Positions 12,645-22,101 of a DNA stretch of 35,469 nt are shown piece by piece (the stretch's first letter is position 1; each line of letters starts with the position of its first letter). The notes below the pieces were generated by a model. It had not been told where the DNA came from, searched no databases, and saw nothing but the letters and a program-made list of their open reading frames with translations. The translations under genes were made by a program, and so were the position numbers. This stretch comes from Thelocarpon superellum (lineage: Eukaryota), in assembly GCA_026025795.1 (NCBI GenBank), contig JAPEUG010000157.1:1-35469 (forward strand), read 5' to 3'.

Positions 12645-13620
12645 ATGGACCTATCCGGAGAGGGTGATTCCCCCAGCTCAGAGAGCAACAAGCTCGTCTT
12701 TCCGGAGGACCTGGTACGGTCACCCACGCACAAGACGTCGGGAATCAGGAGCGTCGATTTTGACGGCCTCCTCACCCCGCCGCTCCGTTTAGCGGAAGAC
12801 CTCCGCCACGGGTGCGGAGGCCAAGTTTGGCCGGCGGGCATGGTGCTGGCGCGATATCTGCTGCGGGTGCGTCGAGAGCAGCTACAAGAGAAAAACATGT
12901 TCGTTTGGGTGACACCCTCCTTTGAAGTCGCGGCGATGCTCACTGGATTTGTCGCTGATCTTGATGTGAGAAGTGTGGAGCTTGGGGCGGGCGGAGGGTT
13001 GGTTGGGTATGTGTGGGGATGCTGCGGCCATGTGCTTGGCCGGGGGCTGACTTGAAGACCTGCTTCAGTCTTGCTGTGGCTCAGGGCTGTGCGCTGCGAC
13101 ACCCGCTGTACATCACCGACCAGCAGCCTATGTTGGACTTGATGGAGCGAAATGTCCGCCTGAATCAGTTACGGGGTCGAGCGGTGCCCTTGATCATAGA
13201 CTGGTACGGGGAGGGACTTGAAGTCGAATGCCCGGTGCTGACGTCCTCGATAGGGGTTCATTGCCCCTGCCAGCAGACGTGGAACACCCTGATATCATCC
13301 TAGCCGCGGACTGTGTCTACTTTGAGCCTGCGTTTCCCCTCCTCCTCGAAACCCTCGTGGCCCTGGCCATGGACCAGACACTCATCTTCTTCTGTTTCAA
13401 GAAGCGCCGACGCGCAGACATGAAGTTCATCAGGGCAGCCAGAAAGGCCTTCACTATCGTGGAGGTCGACGATGATCCGGATCATGATAACTACGCTAGG
13501 GAGAACATCTCTCTGTGGGTGCCCTTCTTGTAAAACGGCTGATGGCCTTGACATGAAGAGACACTAATGACCCGCGGCAGATCCATCATGACGAGGAAGG
13601 GACCGTCGCGATTTCCTTGA
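12645..13620 (+). CDS. EFM6: Methyltransf_16 protein-lysine methyltransferase, Efm6-like; exons 12645-12898, 12974-13006, 13069-13203, 13254-13514, 13581-13620, 240 aa
   Basis: GCGGQVWPAGMVLARYL, IVELGAGGGLVGL, ITDQ, DIILAADCVY, FKKRRRAD; four GT-AG introns restore the frame; the last exon is the least certain. Confidence 0.85.
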
Positions 13621-13629
13621 AATCGATGG

Positions 13630-15891
13630 TCAAAGTTTGAATCCGCCACTGCGCGCTGTACTTGGCGCGCTCTTCAGCTGCTGCCCCTCCACGTCTCGGA
13701 GCTCGCCCCTTTGGCCAATGACGTGAACATTGCCCTTCTTCAATGCTCCTACCACCTCGGCCTTCTCTCTCTTTGTCCCCGTGCCCGCCTTCGATGACGT
13801 CTCGGCCTTGCGCCCGGCCAAGCTCTTCTTCAGGCGCTCTTTTGCCCGTCTCCGCCGGCGAAGCTTCTCTTCGCGACTCATCTCCGTCTTGGTCACGGCC
13901 GCGCCGCTCTTCAGGACCACCTCGCCCTTACTCGCGGGCCCCTCGCCCGGCGTGTAGATCTCCTGTGGCGCGAGCATCGAGTGGGCGCCCAAGTCGGCCC
14001 CGCCACTCACGGCCGCCGTCGGTCGTGCGTCTTCCAAGGCAACGGTAGGGACGTCGGCGACCACGTTGAGGCTGGGTTTGGGTGGCTTCGGCTTGTACCG
14101 CCAGCTGCTAAGGGCATCCAGCTTGGCGCTGACGTCGGCCCACAACCGCTCGACTTCGGCGTGCTCCTTGGCTAGCTTCACGTCGCGCTTGTCTTGATGC
14201 CCCGTAGGATCGACTTTCTTCATGTGTTCTTCCTCATAGATGTCCGCCAGCGACTGCTGTGCTTTAGTGTCGTCGAGCTCGACGCGTCCACGGCGGGTCT
14301 GGACAGGATGGGCGAGGTCGTCGGGACGTCGTCGGATGATCTCATCGAACTCGTGTGTGAGGATGCGCTGCTTAATCATTTCCTCGATATCCTCGCTGAC
14401 GGCGGCGGTGATGACGGGGACCGGCTTGCCCGTGCGTTCAAAGTCCAGATCTTCTTCGAGCAAGGAGTTCACAGGCCGGTCCACGGCGCGAGCCTCGCCC
14501 GATAAGGTCCACTCTCGTTTCGCCACGTTTGCCGCCTCAAGCGCGCGGATTTCTTCGGCCAGTTTAGCTTGTCGGCGTTCATGCGTGGAACGACGACTTC
14601 GGGGATCTGCAATTGCCGTAGCGGCGTTTTCGCCGTCCGTCACGTCCTCGTCTGCGGAGAGCTCGTCCTCAAAGAGATCGCGTCGAACGGCGTCGATAGT
14701 GCGTTGCACGGCTCCCTCGTCCTCTGGCGGTGACAGGTCTTCAGGTGGGGCTCTGGGATGCACACCGTCCCATTTGGTCCGCGTGTCGTTCCTGCTGGCC
14801 TTCCGAGGTGGTGGCGCGAAGAAGTCTTTGTACAGAACGTCGTTGGTATTTTCCACCGCATCCGCCATGGACGTAGAATCGCCCAACTCGTCCGATTGTG
14901 CGGCACCATCGTCGCTCTCGCCCTCTGGTGCATGTAGATCGACGTTACCGAATGTAGGTCCATCATCGTCGTCCTCGCTCTGCCCATGACCGACGTCCCC
15001 CTTGCCCTCATTATTTGTCGTTCCATTTGCGTTGGAATTCAGGTCACGCGGGTCGACAGTCCAGTCAATCTCCTCCTCGTCGGCAGGCTCGGCAGCAGAG
15101 TCTCCAAGCGCGTCCTGCCGTTCCAGAAAAGTGGAGACCTTGTTGAAGGCGTCGATGGAGAAGAAGCCGTCATTTAGGCCATTCGGATCCTCGACAAAGA
15201 CTTCTTCAGGCTCCTCCTCCCCTTGGAAGTCCTCTCCGCTGTCATCAAGGTGACTCAGCTCGTCCTGAGAGATGTCATCTTCGTCCTCGATCGCCTCGTC
15301 CTCGAGGTCGAGGTCGAGATCGGACTGCGCTGCGCTGTCGTCCTCGAGACTTGATTCACCATCCGATCTCCCAACCTCAAAACCATCTTCATCAATTCGC
15401 ATCAGCGATGATCCGGTCCCTTTATCGGTCGAGCGTGCATCACGTAGCTGTGTGGCTTCCTCGTCCGATAATCCCGCCAGACCGCGCTCCACCTCATCCG
15501 CTGCCGCATCCAAGACCTTGCGTGCCTGCTGCCAGACCTGATCAATTCCGAACCCGTTGAGGTAGATGCGGTTGAGCTTCAACGGCAGAATTGCCGCGCT
15601 CGTGTCGGGGATGGCCCTCTTCCGCTTCCGACCGAGGTTTTGGCGGCGATTGAGCTGGCCCTCAATCACAGAGGAGGCAAGTGGATCGAGGTATGCTTTG
15701 GCGAGACCCAGGGCATTGGTGTGTAGCGTACATGGCGGCTGTAAAAAGGTATGGGGGGCTGACGACAGGGCCGAGACGATCGTCGAGGTGGCGGTGGCGG
15801 ATGACTGTAGGTCCGTCGTGGGTGGTTGTGGTGGATCGGCGGACAGGGTGTGCGACGTCGCCGACGCCGAGCTGAGAGAATCGGCCACCAT
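13630..15891 (-). CDS. MPP10: U3 snoRNP/SSU processome protein Mpp10, 753 aa, single exon
   Basis: LNDGFFSIDAFNK, WTLSGEARAVDRPVNSLLEEDLDFER, IKQRI...FDE, LDALSSWRYKPKP, LAPQEIY, acidic N-terminal half, C-terminal FKL. Confidence 0.95.
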   Translation of the reverse strand: MVADSLSSASATSHTLSADPPQPPTTDLQSSATATSTIVSALSSAPHTFLQPPCTLHTNALGLAKAYLDPLASSVIEGQLNRRQNLGRKRKRAIPDTSAAILPLKLNRIYLNGFGIDQVWQQARKVLDAAADEVERGLAGLSDEEATQLRDARSTDKGTGSSLMRIDEDGFEVGRSDGESSLEDDSAAQSDLDLDLEDEAIEDEDDISQDELSHLDDSGEDFQGEEEPEEVFVEDPNGLNDGFFSIDAFNKVSTFLERQDALGDSAAEPADEEEIDWTVDPRDLNSNANGTTNNEGKGDVGHGQSEDDDDGPTFGNVDLHAPEGESDDGAAQSDELGDSTSMADAVENTNDVLYKDFFAPPPRKASRNDTRTKWDGVHPRAPPEDLSPPEDEGAVQRTIDAVRRDLFEDELSADEDVTDGENAATAIADPRSRRSTHERRQAKLAEEIRALEAANVAKREWTLSGEARAVDRPVNSLLEEDLDFERTGKPVPVITAAVSEDIEEMIKQRILTHEFDEIIRRRPDDLAHPVQTRRGRVELDDTKAQQSLADIYEEEHMKKVDPTGHQDKRDVKLAKEHAEVERLWADVSAKLDALSSWRYKPKPPKPSLNVVADVPTVALEDARPTAAVSGGADLGAHSMLAPQEIYTPGEGPASKGEVVLKSGAAVTKTEMSREEKLRRRRRAKERLKKSLAGRKAETSSKAGTGTKREKAEVVGALKKGNVHVIGQRGELRDVEGQQLKSAPSTARSGGFKL

Positions 15892-16039
15892 GTTGACCCC
15901 AGTTCACGAAGTCGGTACATCGATCTGAAATGGTTAATTCCAAGCCATGCTTGTCGGTCCCACGGCGTCTCTCAGTTTTGGAGCGGTGGGGGACCAGGCG
16001 ATAGAATGTCGGAGACAATAGAGACACATGTAGGAGCGT

Positions 16040-16060
16040 GCACGTGATCTAGTCACGTGC
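16040..16060. promoter_or_regulatory. Inverted pair of RTCACGTG E-boxes (Cbf1/bHLH-type) about 150 nt upstream of the MPP10 ATG
   Basis: GCACGTGA-TCTAG-TCACGTGC, a perfect 8-bp-arm inverted repeat. Confidence 0.55.
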
Positions 16061-16420
16061 CAACTCCCATTACTATCCCGACTACGCGTAGATTAGCAAT
16101 TCGGCTCTGATTCCTACACACAGAAAATGATATCGCTTGACAGCGTCGCCTAAGGCATCTTAGTCACAAATTTCCCCTCTATCGGCGAATCTGGCTGCCA
16201 GAGCATCCAGCTCTTCTGCGACAACCGTGAAGCTTCAAGTCATACGAGTCTCGTAATTTCTTTATTCCATGGACTTTTCTTCCTCAAAGACCAACCCTGT
16301 TCCATGCACCTCGACATGCAGGTAGACTAAAGATGGGTATTATGGACCCGGTAATCCGACGCCAACCCCATGCATACCAAGGCTCCTAGTATCCATCGAG
16401 GAAGCAAGTGGACAGACCCT

Positions 16421-17263
16421 TTAAGAGGTGCTCGCACTCGTACTTTCTTCATCCTCATTCCAGATATCGCGACTCTCGTGCTTGACGCCCCTCATTGCGA
16501 TCGCCACATCCTCAAGCTTGGCGACAACATCTAGCACGCCAGCATTGACCCGATGAAAGTATCGATCGTTGGCCTCTCGTCGCTTGCGAGCCTGGAGGAG
16601 GTCACTCTCCGTCTCCTCTTCCAACTGATCGGCCCTTTTCTCTTTGCCGGCCTCAGCGGCAGGTGCGGGTGCAGGCGTATTCTTTAACGCTGAGTCTGGT
16701 GCCCCATCCGCCACGGTAGCCGTCTCGCGATCCGCTTTGGCGGGAGCCGCCTCGCCCTCGCCCTCGCCCTCGACGTCCGAAGGATTCGTGACGTCGTCGG
16801 CCTCGCTGCGCGCCCACGCTTGGGCCAAGGCAATCTGGGCGGTGCGCAAACCGTCCAGGGCCTTGGAATGCTCGGCGCCAAAGACGTGCGTGCTCCGGAC
16901 CGCGCTTAGCTCCGCGCCTTCAAGGGTGCGCTGCATCTCCGCCCAGAGGTCATCGGCCCGGTCGGCCTGCTTCCGACCCTCATCGTGGAGTTGCTGGCGA
17001 GGTCCGGACCGGAGTGGTGACGTGACCGAGCCAGGTTCGGTCCGCTCGTCGCTTCGACCAAACGTTCCGCGCCCGGAGCGGTTTCGAAACAGTGGAGCGC
17101 GTGGGAGAGCGAGGACGGGTGAGGTCAAATTGGACGGATTCAGGTTAGGTGGCAGGGCAATAGGTAGAGAGACTTGTGATCCGTTGTGCGACGGCGGGCC
17201 GGCGAAAAGGGACGGTGGAGGTTGACGCAGCTGCTTCGGCGCCGCGCTCGATGGCACGGACAT
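16421..17263 (-). CDS. Conserved fungal protein of unknown function (DUF5315-like), about 280 aa from MSVPSS
   Basis: Long ORF with helical blocks DDLWAEMQRTLEGAELSA...HVFGAEHSKALDGLRTAQIALAQAW and RREANDRYFHRVNAGVLDVVAKLEDVA; family name is from memory and unverified; start codon inferred. Confidence 0.75.
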   Translation of the reverse strand: MSVPSSAAPKQLRQPPPSLFAGPPSHNGSQVSLPIALPPNLNPSNLTSPVLALPRAPLFRNRSGRGTFGRSDERTEPGSVTSPLRSGPRQQLHDEGRKQADRADDLWAEMQRTLEGAELSAVRSTHVFGAEHSKALDGLRTAQIALAQAWARSEADDVTNPSDVEGEGEGEAAPAKADRETATVADGAPDSALKNTPAPAPAAEAGKEKRADQLEEETESDLLQARKRREANDRYFHRVNAGVLDVVAKLEDVAIAMRGVKHESRDIWNEDEESTSASTS

Positions 17264-17495
17264 GTTGGGAGTGTGCCGCAGGTCAAGACAGGACTCTTTA
17301 ACCTCTCCCATCGGCCATGACATGAGGACGTGCACTGGGAGCCTTGCACCTGCCCGTGCCCGTGCGGAGATCCAGAGCGCTGGTCGCGCGGTTTACCGTA
17401 GCTCGTTAGTACGGTCGCCGAACTTGGGGTGTCTTCAATTCGGGATACGATAGCCGCTCGAGACGCAACCGTGCTCATACGCCACAGGCTTCGAC

Positions 17496-17502
17496 TTAGG
17501 GC
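17496..17502. promoter_or_regulatory. TTAGGGC (GCCCTAA) Tbf1-type motif in the RPS23 / DUF5315-like divergent promoter
   Basis: Motif seen about 135 nt upstream of the RPS23 leader intron; Tbf1-type sites are known at ribosomal protein promoters in several ascomycetes. Confidence 0.35.
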
Positions 17503-17634
17503 ACAAGCGAGGAGGACTGTCCCCAATGTTTCGCCTAATGATATGTCGATTCGCCGACGCAACTCCTCCACGCCCCTCTATCGCTGGACATCAAATCGAC
17601 CTCGCCGTCCAGTCTGTTGATACTTGAGTAATCG

Positions 17635-17760
17635 GTGAGTATCTCTCGTTCGCTTGGTCGACGCCTCAGATTCGGTCTGGCCACATTCCTCTATCTAGCC
17701 TGGGGCGCCATAACCGGCGACCTCGCTCGTGAAGTGTCCACTGACTGACCCCACGTCCAG
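17635..17760 (+). other. 5'-UTR intron of RPS23
   Basis: GTGAGT donor, CTGACTGAC branch site, CCAG acceptor 5 nt before the ATG; an in-frame TGA in the upstream exon excludes a coding micro-exon. Confidence 0.75.
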
Positions 17761-17765
17761 GCAAC

Positions 17766-18286
17766 ATGGGTAAAGGCAAGCCCAGAGGTCTCAACGCCGC
17801 GCGCAAGCTTCGAAATCATCGTCGAGAGGGGCGTTGGGCCGATTTGAGTTACAAGAAGCGCCTCCTCGGTACTGCATACAAATCCTCGCCCTTCGGTGGC
17901 TCCTCCCACGCCAAGGGCATCGTGCTGGAAAAAGTCGGCGTCGAAGCCAAGCAGCCCAACTCCGCCATTCGAAAGTGTGTGCGAGTGCAGTTGATCAAGA
18001 ATGGCAAGAAAGTCACAGCGTTTGGTGGGTACCCCCTCAGGCTATGGCGGGAGGATCATATACCCGATGGATGGGAGAGCGGAGCTGATGGGATCTGGAT
18101 CTTATAGTGCCGAACGACGGTTGCTTGAACTTTGTGGACGAGAACGACGAGGTGCTCCTGTCAGGATTCGGTCGGAAGGGCAAGGCGAAGGGTGATATTC
18201 CTGGTGTGCGATTCAAGGTGGTCAAGGTCTCCGGGGTCGGCCTCTCTGCGCTATGGAAAGAGAAGAAGGAAAAGCCGCGGTCGTAA
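17766..18286 (+). CDS. RPS23: 40S ribosomal protein uS12/S23; exons 17766-18024 and 18108-18286, 145 aa
   Basis: [68 protein letters not shown]; intron 18025-18107. Confidence 0.98.
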
Positions 18287-18661
18287 GGGAGGGGACGGAG
18301 AGAGGTGTGGAATAGAGGGGCATTGCGGAGTCGAAGCTGCTCGTGCATACAACTTGACATAATCCACTGCGTGATTCCACTTCGTAACCGAGCTCATTCA
18401 GTAACCGTGATGGCCATCATTTGGGCTGCCATAGGAGATTGCACTCTCCATCAAGCCAGTCCGTGCTGATCTTTATTGGAGTGTGGTGGAAAGTAGATGG
18501 CGTCTAACGATGAGTCCAGCGTCTCTAGCGATGGTGGAGAGCTCTCCTGACACTCGCGGAACAAGCTCCGCAGCAGAACGTCTACGCAACAGTCTAGGAG
18601 AGTTGAGCCCGGTACCTCAATGAGAAAGATGTGATCAGAGGACAACGAGCATGAGATCAGC

Positions 18662-19326
18662 ATGGCGACGGGCATACCCTCGATCGCCTGTATCGCGGTG
18701 ATTGGCAAAGAGGTCAGTCGTGATGAGCGCCTCTCGGTCCCTGCCTGCCGACAAGGCTGCTCACCGTGCTTGTGCTACCAGAACAACCCCCTTCACATCT
18801 CGACATTCCCGCCAGACACACGACCGGAACTGCAGTTCTCACTCCTGCTCTCCTCCACACTCGACATATTCGACGTACGCATCGCCCATAAGGTGGCGCT
18901 GCAGGACTTTGGGCTCCTCCAAGCCGTGGACGAGCGACTGGCCTGCTATGGCTGGTTGACCAACACGGGGGTGAAGTTCGTCATCGTCGTCGATATGGCT
19001 GGACGGCCCATCGGCGCCGACGGAGGAGACGGTCGCGGGACCGCCATAGGCATGATCGGTCTTCGGGAGGCTGACCTCCGCCCGGTGAGTGACGATGAAT
19101 ACATCCCTTGCTTTGTCGCTGCATGGCTGACGCCAAGCAGGCGTTCAACGCGCTCCAGACAGCCTACATCAAGCTCCTCATGAACCCCTTTTACTCGCCA
19201 GATGATCATACGCCGACGGGACCTGATGCAGAGCCCCGAAGCAATACTCACATCAAGAGTCGCAAGTTCATCAACGAAATCAACCGGATTGGGCAGCGGT
19301 GGAGTCCTGGAATCTCTACGATGTGA
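18662..19326 (+). CDS. TCA17: Sedlin-family TRAPP subunit TRAPPC2L/Tca17; exons 18662-18712, 18782-19084, 19141-19326, 179 aa
   Basis: IACIAVIGKE|NNPLHI, SSTLDIF, YGWLTNTGVKFVIVV, AYIKLLMNPFY, IKSRKF. Confidence 0.88.
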
Positions 19327-19685
19327 TGGGTTGGCTGCTCCTTGGCGGGGAGCCTTGATTGGACAAGGCGGCTTTCCTGGCGCATTCGAAGTGTACAAAG
19401 ATGCTTGAGCATGTGTTCCTGTTCCACCGTCAACCATCCCGTTCGTACAACGAACCAAGTGTCTCGGGGGCCTCCTCGCATATCCGTCGTAGCAGTTGAG
19501 AGGCAGATGCCAGACCTCAGCCATTACCACATTGTCCGGTGGACGACAGAAGCTGTAGACGCACATATGCAATCGTCAAGATACCCCACGGCCCCACCAA
19601 GCCCTCTCTTAAGAGTATACCCTTCACGATCGCGCGATGCAGATCGGATTCGGAAGTACCTGTATATAGTCCCTGTCCTCTCCTT

Positions 19686-21944
19686 ATGCCCTCGGCCACT
19701 CCCACCACCTCGACTGGCTTGACCATCACCAACCCTTTGGTCCTGTACCGCGCCCTCGTCGCCACCAAGCGCATCGACGCAGACCCCGCGCAGCATCGCC
19801 TCGCACTCCACCTCCAGAAGCTCTATCACCGGCTGAAGGACTACGAGCCCACCGTGGAATACAGCGCGCGACTGAAGGATCTCCGTCGTCTAATAGGGGA
19901 AGCGGAGGGCGGCGCTGCTACGGCGGGAGCCTCCTCCGCGCGTCGACGACGAGATGACGTGCCAAAGGGGGGAATCTTCTCCTCTTTACTCGCGCAGAAG
20001 GACAAGCGCGACATCCTCGCTCTGACGAGGGTCGTGACCAGCCATGAAGAAGCAATGCGGCTCACCTCGCCCCAAGGCCTCCTGCTCCATGGCGAGGTGG
20101 GCACGGGGAAGAGCATGCTGGTGGACCTACTCGCGGACTGTCTGCCCAACCGGAAGAAGCGCCGGTGGCATTTCAACACCTTCATGCTGGACACCTTCCG
20201 GCGGCTGGAGCAGTTGCGGAGAGAACAGCAGAGCGCCGAACGCGCCACGAGCAGGGGTCGCGAGGGCCTCGAGGCGGAATACTCGCTGCTGCGACTCGCG
20301 CGGGACTTGATTTCGACCTCGCCGATCCTGTTCCTGGATGAGTTCCAGCTCCCGGACCGCGCAGCCTCGAAGATCCTGCTTAATCTCCTGACTTCCTTTT
20401 TCCACCTCGGCGGCGTCCTCATCGCCACGAGCAATCGTATGCCCGAGGAGCTGGCGAAGGCGAGCGGGATGGAATTCGCCCCGCCCGCGTCTCCCTCCTC
20501 TTCCGCCATGGGGCTGCTGTCCGGCGGGAGGTGGGAAAGAGCCTCGTCGTGGGGCACGTCAGTGGCGGCGCCAGCTTCTCGAGGACGGAGCGAGGGGCTG
20601 TTCGGCGGCCGCGGCGAGTTTGTGCACTTCGTCGAGCTGCTCAAGGCCCGGTGCGAGGTGTGGGACATGGAGGGCGGTCGCGATTGGCGCCGCAGAGAAG
20701 CCGAGGATGATGTTCGCCTGCCCGATCTCGAGGGACTGCAGTCCCTTGAACATGATGATCTGCTCGTCGACCAGGCCCTGGTGGGAGAGGGTGGCATGCA
20801 GGCATCCAACTACAACAGCATCACGTCGGACAGCGGTACAGGGAAAGCCATCCTTCCTAAACATTACATTGTGCAGCTTCCACCCGGAACGGATGATACA
20901 GGTCCAGACAGCCAGGACTGGAGCACAGCGCTCTCCGGCGCCCTGCACGCCGAGTCGGCCGGCCCAGCGTCACAGCAGATTCGGTGGCAATGCAGCAGCA
21001 TGCACGTGTACGGACGATCCATCACGGTGCCGCGGGCCCATCAGGGCATCAGCAGCTGGACCTTCGCCGAGCTATGCGGGAGCAATCTCGGGCCGGCAGA
21101 CTACATAACGCTGGCGGCGACCTTTGACACACTGGTCCTGACGGACGTGCCCGTGCTCACGCTCGTGCAGAAGAACGAGGCCCGTCGGCTCATCACCCTC
21201 CTTGACGCCCTATACGAAGCCCGGTGTAAGCTTCTCGTTACCGCCGCCGCGGGCCCGGATGCCCTCTTCTTCCCTGAGACGGCCACAACTGCATCGGCAG
21301 TGGAGGAGATAGGGCAGGCTTCGACGGCCAGAGGGGCAAAAGACAGCGATGCTGTTTACGCCGAAACCTTTGCCGAGATGCACCAAGACGCGACGGCGCC
21401 CTTCCGACCCAACATCGCAACGTACGAGGACTCATCCGCGCCCTCCAATGGCCGGCGCCGGTCGGTCTTGGCCGACGAAGACTCCGACTTCGGGCCCATC
21501 GCGCCTGGCGCAGGCAACGAGATCGGTCGGCGCGACGACGATATCGACTTCTCTCGTGCTGGTACCTTCACGGGCGAAGACGAACGCTTTGCCTACAAGC
21601 GCGCGAGCAGTCGTTTGTGGGAGATGTGCAGTGCGAGATGGTGGGCTCGTACTGAGCCGGGATGGTGGCGGCCGCTGCCGGCGGATGTGCGGAGATGGGA
21701 GACCACGGCCAGTGAGATTGGGGAGGATAGGTCAGACGCGGATGGTACCATGCTGAAGAGCCACGACGAACTCTTTCGCCACGGTGCGAGCCCGTTCCGC
21801 GTCAGCGAAGAGGCCCCGCCCAAATTTGCGGCGGTGCATGCGTGGGGGATGATGCAGTGGGGCAAGAAGGCCGGGCGGTGGGGAAAGGGCGCGGAGGCTT
21901 TTGCCGCACAGGCCGACCACGAGAAGTCGAAGGATCGATCGTGA
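19686..21944 (+). CDS. AFG1: AFG1/ZapE-family ATPase, about 752 aa from MPSATP, single exon
   Basis: Walker A GEVGTGKS, RRWHFNTFM, Walker B ILFLDEFQ, ATSNRMPEEL, LGPADY, NEARRLITLLDALYE, GEDERFAYKRASSRLWEM; may be a paralogue rather than the strict AFG1 orthologue. Confidence 0.9.
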   Translation: MPSATPTTSTGLTITNPLVLYRALVATKRIDADPAQHRLALHLQKLYHRLKDYEPTVEYSARLKDLRRLIGEAEGGAATAGASSARRRRDDVPKGGIFSSLLAQKDKRDILALTRVVTSHEEAMRLTSPQGLLLHGEVGTGKSMLVDLLADCLPNRKKRRWHFNTFMLDTFRRLEQLRREQQSAERATSRGREGLEAEYSLLRLARDLISTSPILFLDEFQLPDRAASKILLNLLTSFFHLGGVLIATSNRMPEELAKASGMEFAPPASPSSSAMGLLSGGRWERASSWGTSVAAPASRGRSEGLFGGRGEFVHFVELLKARCEVWDMEGGRDWRRREAEDDVRLPDLEGLQSLEHDDLLVDQALVGEGGMQASNYNSITSDSGTGKAILPKHYIVQLPPGTDDTGPDSQDWSTALSGALHAESAGPASQQIRWQCSSMHVYGRSITVPRAHQGISSWTFAELCGSNLGPADYITLAATFDTLVLTDVPVLTLVQKNEARRLITLLDALYEARCKLLVTAAAGPDALFFPETATTASAVEEIGQASTARGAKDSDAVYAETFAEMHQDATAPFRPNIATYEDSSAPSNGRRRSVLADEDSDFGPIAPGAGNEIGRRDDDIDFSRAGTFTGEDERFAYKRASSRLWEMCSARWWARTEPGWWRPLPADVRRWETTASEIGEDRSDADGTMLKSHDELFRHGASPFRVSEEAPPKFAAVHAWGMMQWGKKAGRWGKGAEAFAAQADHEKSKDRS

Positions 21945-22101
21945 TCGTGGGCATCAGATTTCATCCCAGTGTCTCCGTCGAACGGTTCTCGATGTTGGGG
22001 GTCGTTGGGTTGCCCCGTGTAGTGTAGCACTGTAGACTATTCGACACTGCAGTGTCTTGGGCAACTCATGCATGGCCAGTGGCCGACACCCTTGAACTGA
22101 C

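Noticed and set aside
19539..19685. N-terminal extension of the AFG1 ORF in the ORF track
   Set aside because: It starts at GTG; the first in-frame ATG is 19686, just before the conserved TNPLVLYR block.
19841..20809. Long antisense ORFs opposite real genes (also 194-1009, 14240-14989, 31546-32199)
   Set aside because: Shadow frames caused by codon bias in the sense gene.
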